In this document: one piece after another, positions 15,001-25,079 of the stretch | Layout: each line of letters begins with the position of its first letter | How positions within the stretch are numbered: the first letter of the stretch is position 1 | Assembly: GCA_964016885.1 (NCBI GenBank) | Contig: OZ024743.1 | Location: forward strand, 321,346,001 to 321,410,000 | DNA: 64,000 nucleotides | From: Eledone cirrhosa | Taxonomy: Eukaryota | Reading direction: 5' to 3' | The notes under the pieces: model-generated | Told to the model about the DNA's origin: nothing | The model's input: the letters and a program-made list of their open reading frames with translations, nothing else | Databases searched by the model: none | Position numbers and translations under genes: made by a program

Positions 15001-18000
15001 GGTCATATGTTATAATACAGAAGTCCAGTACACTAGTACCAGCTCTGTGACAGAGATGACACATGACTGAGCTGACTGGTGATATGTTATAATACAGAAG
15101 TCCAGTACACTAGTACCAGCTCTGTGACAGAGATGACACAGGACTGAGCTGACTGGTGATATGTCACAATACAGAAGTCCAGTCCACTAGTACCAGCTCT
15201 GTGACAGAGATGACACAGGACTGAGCTGACTGGTCATATGTTATAATACAGAAGTCCAGTCCACTAGTACCAGCTCTGTGACAGAGATGACACAGGACTG
15301 AGCTGACTGGTGATATGTTATAATACAGAAGCCCAGTCCACTAGTACCAGCTCTGTGACAGAGATGACAGAGGACTGAGCAGACTGGTGATATGTCACAA
15401 TACAGAAGTCCAGTCCACTAGTACCAGCTCTGTGTCATAATATATGACACAGGACTGAGATGAGTAGTGATATGTTATAATACAGAAGCCCAGTCCACTA
15501 GTACCAGCTCTGTAACAGAGATGACACAGGACTGAGCTGACTGGTGATATGTCACAATACAGAAGCCCAGTCCACTAGTACCAGTTCTGTGACAGAGATG
15601 ACACAGGACTGAGCTGACTGGTCATATGTTATAATACAGAAGTCCAGTCCACTAGTACCAGCTCTGTGACAGAGATGACACAGGACTGAGCTGACTGGTG
15701 ATATGTCACAATACAGAAGTCCAGTCCACTAGTACCAGCTCTGTGACAGAGATGACACAGGACTGAGCTGACTGGTGATATGTCACAATACAGAAGTCCA
15801 GTCCACTAGTACCAGCTCTGTGACAGAGATGACACAGGACTGAGCTGACTGGTGATATGTCACAATACAGAAGTCCAGTGCACTAGTACCAGCTCTGTGA
15901 CAGAGATGACACAGGACTGAGCTGACTGGTGATATGTCACAATACAGAAGTCCAGTACACTAGTACCAGCTCTGTGACAGAAATGACAAAGGACTGAGCT
16001 GACTGGTGATATGTCACAATACAGAAGTCCAGTACACTAGTACCAGCTCTGTGACAGAGATGACACAGGACTGAGCTGACGGGTGATATGTCACAATACA
16101 GATGTCCAGTCCACTAGTACCAGCTCTGTGACAGAGATGACACAGGACTGAGCTGACTGGTCATATGTTATAATACAGAAGTCCAGTCCACTAGTACCAG
16201 CTCTGTGACAGAGATGACACAGGACTGAGCTGACTGGTGATATGTTATAATACAGAAGTCCAGTCCACTAGCACCAGCTCTGTAACAGAGATGACACAGG
16301 ACTGAGCTGACTGGTGATATGTTATAATACAGAAGTCCAGTCCACTAGTACCAGCTCTGTGACAGAGATGACACAGGACTGGGCTGACTGGTGATATGTT
16401 ATAATACAGAAGTCCAGTCCACTAGTACCAGATCTGTGTCATAATATATGACACAGGACTGAGATGAGTAGTGATATGTTATAATACAGAAGCCCAGTCC
16501 ACTAGTACCAGCTCTGTGACAGAGATGACACAGGACTGAGCTGACTGGTGATATGTCACAATACAGAAGTTAAGTCCACTAGTACCAGCTCTGTGACAGA
16601 GATGACACAGGGCTGAGCTGACTGGTGATATGTCACAATACAGAAGTCCAGTCCACTAGTACCAGCTCTGTGACAGAGATGACACAGGACTGATCTGACT
16701 GGTGATATGTCACAATACAGAAGTCCAGTCCACTAGTACCAGCTCTGTGACAGAGATGACACAGGACTGAGCTGACTGGTCATATGTTATAATACAGAAG
16801 TCCAGTCCACTAGTACCAGCTCTGTGACAGAGATGACACAGGACTGAGCTGACTGGTGATATGTCACAATACAGAAGCCCACTACACTAGTACCAGCTCT
16901 GTGACAGAGATGACACAGGACTGAGCTGACTGGTGATATGTTATAATACAGAAGTCCAGTCCACCAGTACCAGCTCTGTGACAGAGATGACACAGGACTG
17001 AGCTGACTGGTGATATGTTATAATACAGAAGTCCAGTCCACTAGTACCAGCTCTGTGACAGAGATGACACAGGACTGAGCTGACTGGTGATATGTTATAA
17101 TACAGAAGTCCAGTACACTAGTACCAGCTCTGTGACAGAGATGACACAGGACTGAGCTGACTGGTGATATGTCACAATACAGAAGTCCAGTCCACTAGTA
17201 CCAGCTCTGTGACAGAGATGACACAGGACTGAGCTGTCTGGTGATATGTCACAATACAGAAGTCCAGTCCACTAGTACCAGCTCTGTGACAGAGATGACA
17301 CAGGACTGAGCTGACTGGTGATATGTCACAATACAGAAGTCCAGTACACTAGTACCAGCTCTGTGACAGAGATGACACAGGACTGAGCTGACTGGTGATA
17401 TGTCACAATACAGAAGTCCAGTCCACTAGTACCAGCTCTGTGACAGAGATGACACAGGACTGAGCTGACTGGTGATATGTCACAATACAGAAGTCCAGTA
17501 CACTAGTACCAGCTCTGTGACAGAGATGACACAGGACTGAGCTGACTGGTGATATGTCACAATACAGAAGTCCAGTCCACTAGTACCAGCTCTGTGACAG
17601 AGATGACACAGGACTGAGCTGACTGGTGATATGTCACAATACAGAAGTCCAGTCCACTAGTACCAGCTCTGTGACAGAGATGACACAGGACTGAGCTGAC
17701 TGGTGATATGTCACAATACAGAAGTCCAGTACACTTGTACCAGCTCTGTGACAGAGATGACACAGGACTGAGCTGACTGGTGATATGTCACAATACAGAA
17801 GTCCAGTCCACTAGTACCAGCTCTGTGACAGAGATGACACAGAACTGAGCTGACTGGTGATATGTTATAATACAGAAGTCCAGTCCACTAGTACCAGCTC
17901 TGTGACAGAGATGACACAGGACTGAGCTGACTGGTCATATGTTATAATACAGAAGTCCAGTCCACTAGTACCAGCTCTGTAACAGAGATGACACAGGACT

Positions 18001-18470
18001 GAGCTGACTGGTGATATGTTATAATACAGAAGTCCAGTCCACTAGTACCAGCTCTGTGACAGAGATGACACAGGACTGAGCTGACTGGTCATATGTTATA
18101 ATACAGAAGTCCAGTACACTAGTACCAGCTCTGTGACAGAGATGACACAGGACTGAGCTGACTGGTGATATGTTATAATACAGAAGTCCAGTCCACTAGT
18201 ACCAGCTCTGTGACAGAGATGACACAGGACTGAGCTGACTGGTGATATGTTATAATACAGAAGTCCAGTACACTAGTACCAGCTCTGTGACAGAGATGAC
18301 ACAGAACTGAGCTGACTGGTGATATGTTATAATACAGATGTCCAGTCCACTAGTATTAGCTAGTGAGATGACTGGTGAATATCTATAATACAAAAGACTT
18401 GCTCACCAGTACAAGCTCTGTGACACCTGTGACATAGGACTTAACTAAATGGTGATATTCCATATTGAAA
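1..18470. repeat. 77-bp tandem satellite array (~238 monomers, open at the left window edge), with 80-bp variant monomers
   Basis: Monomer GGACTGAGCTGACTGGTGATATGT(CAC/TAT)AATACAGAAGTCCAGTCCACTAGTACCAGCTCTGTGACAGAGATGACACA recurs at 1, 78, 155 and so on. The period is not a multiple of 3 and stops recur in the reading frames. It degenerates over 18,340-18,470. Confidence 0.99.
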
Positions 18471-18814
18471 AAGATACCTTCCACTGTGGCACAAAAAGTA
18501 AACCTGATAATCTTTTTCTTGTGATATAGATGATACAACTTGGAAGATGAGGCAAATGTTTGTTTGGTGGTGTGTTATGTATTATTTTCCTATGAACTTC
18601 TTGTTGTTCTTGATGGTTTCACAAGATTGTAACAAAGTTGTTGTCATGGAAGTAATTTTATAGTCACACTTAGTTGTTGTAGTAGTTGTTGCTATTGGTA
18701 TCAACATATCCTTAGATGTTGATGTTATCATGGCAGTCATTAAGTTGTAATCTATTAATGAATGTTGTATAAAATATAAAGAGATAACAGATATTATTAT
18801 CATTCTACAACGTA

Positions 18815-19041
18815 GGGCAGTGGATTAGCAGAAATCAGTAGCGCATTGGACAACATCCATTGTAGCATATAATTATGGCCCTTTACATTCTAAGTTCAAA
18901 TTCCAGTGGGGTTAGCTTTGTATTTCATCCATATATGACTTATAATATAAAGTACCAATAATACACTGAGATCAATTTAATCGATATTCCCCACCACTTC
19001 AAATTGCTGACCTTGCTCCAAATGTAGAAACAATTATTATT
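18815..19041 (+). mobile_element. tRNA-derived SINE, family A (degenerate copy)
   Basis: B-box-like AAGTTCAAATTCC and the 3' end ...AAATGTAGAAACAATTATT are shared with copies at 33.6, 35.65, 36.9 and 59.0 kb. Flanked by the direct repeat ATTCTACAAC. Confidence 0.75.
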
Positions 19042-19119
19042 CTACAACCATATTTCACTCTGCTTGGCTGGAGCTCTACTTCATTAATATAAATTATCAG
19101 CAAAGATTATCTTTGTTGT

Positions 19120-19464
19120 CATCATCATCATCATCATTTCATTTTACGTCCACTTTTCCCTGCTTGCAAGGATGGGACGGGAACTGATTTTGGCTTGATT
19201 TCTACAGCTGGATGCCTTTCCTAACACCAACCTCATTTACAGTGAGTGCTGGGTGCTTTTTTGCCATGGCACCTCCACAACCACTTTGCAGTGGAATGAT
19301 ATGGACCCCAGTCCCTATCATCTCATTTCTACAGCTGAGTAAACTGGAGCAATGTGAAATAAAGTGTCTTGCTCAATGAAACAACACATCACCCGGTCTG
19401 AGAATTGAACTCACAACCTTCCAATTGCAAGGCCAATGCTCTAACCACTAAGCCATGTGCCTCC
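19120..19464 (-). mobile_element. Composite tRNA-derived SINE, family B, with an RTE-like 3' part and (ATG)n tail
   Basis: The minus strand starts GGAGGCACATGGCTTAGTGGTTAGAGCA (A box)...GTGAGTTCAATTCTC (B box). Its 3' part matches the RTE 3' region at 21,030-21,300. A near-identical copy lies at 56,851-57,190. Confidence 0.85.
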
Positions 19465-19653
19465 ATTGTCTAATTATAATTCCATATTTCATTGACTTAT
19501 TCTCTACACTAAAATAAAATCATACTCATCTCACTTCCGTGCTTGTGTTTATCTGATTTACAGAAGAGAAAGCTGCATATATTTTTCTTTTTATAATGTT
19601 GATAACATTTTAAAATTTAAAATAATAATGTTTTTTTCTCTTTCTCATCAAAG

Positions 19654-19761
19654 ACAGGAGTATTGCCTGTGACTTCTCAAATAATATGTGCCAGTATCAA
19701 AACCATGGTTATTTTAAATGGCAAAGAATAGAATCAGGAAATGAAAGTGACTCATTAAATG
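19654..19761 (+). CDS. Exon A of MAM/LDLa mosaic protein: N-terminal part of MAM domain 1
   Basis: Polypyrimidine tract + AAG acceptor, G|GTAATT donor, phase 1-1, 108 bp. Translates RSIACDFSNNMCQYQNHGYFKWQRIESGNESDSLN (MAM CDF..C..W motif). Confidence 0.88.
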
Positions 19762-20450
19762 GTAATTAATAATTATTTATTTCATATTCGATAAAACATT
19801 CTATCTTTTATTTTTATGAACATAGCAAAAGACTTGGATATTTAGGTATTTTAGGCTTTTCAACTTGAGCCATAGCGAAGAATGTAAGGTTGTGGCAAAT
19901 TGTGTCAACAGCCAGATTCAATTACTTGTTCTAACTATTCATCATTATCATCATCATCGTTTTAATGTTTGCTTTCCATACTAGCTAGGGTTAGATGGGT
20001 CTACATAGACTAAGTTAGTACTGAAGTAGGGGAACTCACCTCTCAGACAGGCCAGAAGTGTCTTGCTTATGTACAGTTTCACATTCTACCAAGTGCACAG
20101 GAGTGGTCTTTATCACAACTGAATGTCCTCCCAGCCCTTTGTTTGATAAGCTTTCTATGGCTGGATGCCCTTTTAATATTGATAATGTTTTTGTATGGAC
20201 ATCACAAATTCTTATTTGAACTTGACAAAAGATGCCTAACAGATGTGCAATCATAGTTGTAAGTGAATCCCACAAACCATAGGTTTGTGGGATTCACTTT
20301 CATAATTCAAATATTATACCAAAACATTTCTGAATTTGAAACTAATAGCTATTACTAATTTACATAAAAAAAATGTTTGTTCTATTTTAAGATGAATTAT
20401 GTCACACTATATGGATACAAAGTGAATAATATTTCAAATTTCTCCTCCAG

Positions 20451-20774
20451 GAAATTACATGCAATTTAATACCATGCACAATCAGGGCATTTTATCATCA
20501 CCAAGTGAAAATATTACCAACAGCTGTGTACAAATTAGATATAAGATGATAACCAAGATGTGCAATCTGACCATCTATAATGCCTATAACGACAACAGAT
20601 TGTTGAGTACTGTAAATGATGATACAACTGAATGGAGTATTGCTCAAATGTACATACAAGAAGAGGTTACAAAACTTGTTTTTGTGATGACTAATGCAAA
20701 TTATTATTATCATTCTGCTTGTACAGTTTTAATTGACAGTGTTGGTATTGAAAGTGATAAATGCGAAGAATTAG
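20451..20774 (+). CDS. Exon B: C-terminal part of MAM domain 1
   Basis: TCTCCTCCAG acceptor, G|GTAAG donor, 324 bp, phase 1-1. Translates GNYMQF...LSSP...SCVQIRY...W...VLIDSVGIESDKCEEL. Confidence 0.9.
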
Positions 20775-21028
20775 GTAAGATTTTATTAGTTTTTATTTAT
20801 ATTTTTTTCTTTTTAGAAATTATGATTATATTATTGTCCAGATTTGATTCTTCCTTTCCATTCTCTCACTCTCTCTGTCTATCCTTCTCTGGGATAAATC
20901 TGATACTTTCAGATCTGGAGAGGATTATGGGCTCCACCAGGTTTTAAAATGACCTAGAAATGCCATATGTCAATACGGTACCTCTATGACTCCTTCAAGA
21001 GTTATGAGACCATACCATATATATATAT

Positions 21029-23060
21029 CATCATCATCATCATCATCACCGTTTTACGTCTGTTCTTCCATGCTAGCATGGGTTAGACGGGTTGTCCTGT
21101 TGTGGGCAGTGTCTGGTCGGCTGACCATGCCTTGCTCATACAGGAACTGATTTTGGCTTGATTTCTACAGCTGGATGCCCTTCCTAACACCAACCTCATT
21201 TACAGTGAGTGCTGGGTGCTTTTTCCGTGGCGCCTACACGTCCACTTTACAGTGTGGGCTGGGTGCTTTTTTGCCGTGGCACCTCCACGACCACCTTGCA
21301 GTGGGAGGGTGTGGGGGCATATTGTCTATATGCTTCAGCTTGTACCCATGGGAGGTTGGGTACTTTGTATTACTGGGTGACGCCAGAGGTCACGGTCGTG
21401 TGTCATCGTCTTTGAGAGGTGTAATTGGGTAAGGTCGGCTTTTATCACCTCATCCCAGGTCTTCTTGGGTCTCCCCACTCCGCGGTTTCCATTGACTTCT
21501 AGTGCTCTGCACCTTTATATGCAGCTGTCATCCTTCATACGCATCACATGTCCATACCAACGCAACCACCTCTCCTGCACACAGCATTTGATTCCTCTTA
21601 TGCTCAGTCTCTCTCTCAATTCATTTATGCTTTCTCGTTAGCGTATATTACTATTACACATCCATCGGAGCATGCAGGCTTCGTTTCTTTCTAATCTATG
21701 TAAGTCTTCCCCCTTCAGCGCCCAGGTCTCACTACCATGTAACATTGCTGTTCGGATACATGCATCATATAGTCTGCCTTTCATTTTGAGGGAGAAGCCT
21801 TTTGCAGCTAGCAGTGGCAGTAGTTCCCTGAACTTATTCCACCCCGTTCTTACCCTAGTTATTGTACTTTCTGAACACCCACCTCCGCTGCTAATTCGGT
21901 CACCTAGGTAGCAGAAGCTGTCTACTGTTTCTACAGAGCCCTCCCAGAGATTGGTGGTACTTGTTTCCTGTGGCTGTTTGCTGCTTGCTGTCCCAGCACA
22001 GCTGCTGCATGTGAAGCCTACATTCTTAATTAAGCTTCCTGAGATCTCGCTACATCTCTTGTGTACCCATTGTTTGCATTTGGGGCAGAGAATGGAGTTC
22101 CTACATACACCTTTCCTACATACTGAGCAAGGCCATTTCCCTGAGGGATCTGGGTTCTGTTTTCTCGTCTACTTACAAGGACCTTAGTCTTTGTCATGTT
22201 GACTTTGAGACCCTTTCTTTCTAGTCCCTGCTTCCAAGTTTGGAATTTCTTCTTTAGTTCTACCATAGATTCAGCTATAAGTGTGAGGTCATTAGCATAC
22301 AGGAATTCCCATGGGCATCCAGTCTTAAACTCCTCCGTTATTGCCTGCAGGACTCTGATGAACAGGAGAGGGCTAAGAACAGAGCCCTGGTGGACACCAA
22401 CCTGTATGCTAAATTCCTCGCTATACTCATTGCTAATCCTAACTTTGCTTTCCCCTATGCATGGCTTGTACAGCTTTCACAAGCCATTCATCTACTCCTA
22501 GTTTTCTAAGAGCCCACCAGATTACAGCACATGGAACTCTGTCAAAGGCTTTCTCAAGATCGACGAATGCCAGGTAGAGTGGCTTACTTTTAGCTAGGTA
22601 CTTTTCCTGTAACTGCCTCACAAGGAAGAGGGCATCAGTGGTGCCTCTTCCTGGTACAAAGCCAAATTGCATCTCATCTAGTTTCACCCGGTCCCTAATC
22701 AACTGTGCTATAACTCTTTCTGTTACTTTCATGACCTGGTCCATCAGCTTTATACCTCTATAGTTTCCTCTATCTAGTACATCACCTTTACTTTGTAGCA
22801 GTTGACAATGATGCTACTGCACCAATATTTTGGTATGACACCTTCTAGTATTACCTGGTTAACAATACATGTGGTTATAGTGTAACCTACAGACCCAGAT
22901 GACTTCAGCATCTCGGCAGCTATACCCGATGGACCGGTTGCCTTCCCCATCTTCATATCTTTGATTGCTTTACTTACTACGCTGCTGCTGACTTGTACTG
23001 CTGGCCCCTCTATAGGGTCTACTTGGGGTAGGGTCTCTTCTTCCCATGCATTCTCCTCAT
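21029..23060 (-). mobile_element. RTE-clade LINE, 5'-truncated, degenerate RT plus 3' UTR and (ATG)n tail
   Basis: Minus-strand fragments KATGPSGI, MQFGFVPGRGTTDALF, LAFVDLEKAFDRV, GLKVNMTKTK. Frameshifts and stops are present. Confidence 0.92.
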
Positions 23061-23134
23061 TTAGTAATCTATCATAATGCCTCTTCCATGCATCTTTCTT
23101 CTCGGCACTTGGGAGGGAAATTGTGAGGTAGGTA

Positions 23135-23770
23135 GCCAGTCATGGCTATCAAAATAACCTATAGAAGTGAATACAGCATGACAAGATAACCAATAGAAAT
23201 GAATACAGCAACAATAATAATAGCCAGTCATGGCCTGTAACCTTTGATGGCAAAATAGACAGATAGAGCGGCAGCATGGTAGAGAAAATGAGGGTAACAA
23301 AATAAATGTGTTGTGGAAGCTAGCGAAGTGATAAATACAGCAATAGTTGCGAGCAGAACATTTGCAATTGGGGGAAATAGAGATACCTGAAAAGATTTGT
23401 ATGGATGGATGGCTGTAACATGGCTAAGCAGCTCTAGTGATTCATTTTAGCCTTTCAGAGTAGAGTGTGTCTTATCTCTTCAATAACTTCAAGATGAGTG
23501 AGGAGGAATGGGTGAAGAGGGAAAGGGAGGTAATAGGTGGCTTAGAGATAGATAGAGAGAGAGAGATAGAGAGAGAGTAGCCATCATTAAGACAGAGAGA
23601 GAGATAGAGAGAGGGGTTAGCCATCATAGAGAGAGGGTCGCCAGTCATGGCTATCAAAATAACCGATAGAAGTGAATACAACATGGTAAGATAACCGATA
23701 GAAATGAATACAGCAACAATAATAATAGCCAGTCATGGCCTTTGATGGCAAAATAGACAGATAGAGAGGC
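23135..23770. repeat. ~135-bp direct repeat pair (23,135-23,272 and 23,640-23,770) in a probable retroelement remnant
   Basis: GCCAGTCATGGCTATCAAAATAACC...GGCAAAATAGACAGATAGAG occurs twice. Confidence 0.8.
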
Positions 23771-23900
23771 ATAGGAACGAGTAGGACCCCAACGGCTGAG
23801 CTCAAGCCGTTTCGACGGCTAATTCTGGACTAAAAAAAAAAGTCCAGAATTAGCCGTCAAAACGGCTTGAGCTCAGCCGTCGGGTCCTACTCGTTCCTAT
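23771..23900. repeat. ~60-bp near-perfect inverted repeat (fold-back) with an A9 loop
   Basis: Left arm 23,771-23,831 is the reverse complement of right arm 23,841-23,900, with about 3 differences. Confidence 0.95.
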
Positions 23901-24754
23901 TACCCACTCTACTACCCTAAGTATTGAGTACTTTGGTGCGTTATGGTCCACCTGGTTCCTTACCACATTTCCTTCGTTATATATATATATATATATAGGA
24001 AATGTAACATCCAGTTACTGCGAGTTCACCCAAGTGAGCACTCGAGATGTAGTTTCCAGTTGGTAACGAAGAGTAGAACTAAGCAAAGTGTAATTATAAT
24101 ATCAATAAAAAGGATGATTTGTTATGCCTTCATTACATTTATTGATTAGTGACGTGTGTTTCATTATTGATCAGCTCGAGCTTTGATCTGTATCAATCTA
24201 GCCTGACTCTGGAATCAAAAGCTCGTCAGTCTTCTGCTGTGGTAATGACAAATTGAACCAGGAGGGCTTAAAATGGTCTATAACGATTCACATTCATTTG
24301 TGGTGGTCAGTTTTAGTTCGTTTTCATTGGTTGTTTTGCTATAAGGAATGTTTTGGTATGTGTCATAGGTCGATGAAAGGACCTTAATGAAGAGGTGGTG
24401 GTGGTGGGGATTGATGGTTGGTGTGAGTTGCGGTGGTGTAGTTTTTTGGCTGTTTCATAGACATTATGGTGTATATGTGGTGAGGTGGGGGTGCTGGGTG
24501 TGGGTGTGGAGATGGTTAGGGTCTATATGTGATGGGAAATGCAAGAGTGCGGTGCTGCACTAAGGAGGGGAGGGGTTCTGTTGGTTAGCAGTTTGCCAAA
24601 GAGGAATAAAATAAAATAAAATAAAATAAAGAAAAAATAAAGAAAGTAAATTAAACCTTGGTTAAGGGTAAGGCTTTGGTGTAAACTATCTATATACTTA
24701 AAGGGGTTTTTCTACTAGCAAAAAAAAAAAGAAAAAAGGATTAAGGGTTGTGGC

Positions 24755-25025
24755 TAGTGTGTGAAATTAATATAAATAAATAGATGAATGAATAAAAGAA
24801 ATAGTTGCTACACTAACTATATGGACTAACTTATACACTGGTACAGTGTATAGTGTGTGAAATGATTATAAATATATGAATGGATAAATGAAATAGTTGC
24901 TACACTAACTATATGGACTAATTTATACACTGGTACAGTGTATAGTGTGTGAAATGATTATAAATATATGAATGGATAAATGAAATAGTTGCTACACTAA
25001 CTATATGGGCTAACTTATACACGCA
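24755..25025. repeat. 92-bp tandem repeat, ~3 copies
   Basis: ATAGTTGCTACACTAACTATATGG starts at 24,801, 24,893 and 24,985. Confidence 0.9.
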
Positions 25026-25079
25026 CACTCACATAGAGTATACGTAGCTACAGACACACACCCACATGTATATACCTAA

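Noticed and set aside
1-18470. CRISPR array or coding repeat (ORFs at 10,609, 14,086, 16,787, 17,557)
   Set aside because: There are no unique spacers and no cas genes, and the context is eukaryotic. The 77-bp period shifts frame each unit and stops recur; the listed ORFs arise only from chance loss of stops.
18395-18495. C2H2 zinc-finger origin of the satellite (YKLCDTCDIG; HIEKDTFHCG at the edge)
   Set aside because: The resemblance is only a few residues. The unit is 77 bp rather than 84 bp, and there is no HxxxH/TGEKP spacing.
20392-20421. Extra micro-exon after TTTTAAG upstream of exon B
   Set aside because: It would leave a ~29-nt intron or hit a stop. Exon A joins 20,451 cleanly.
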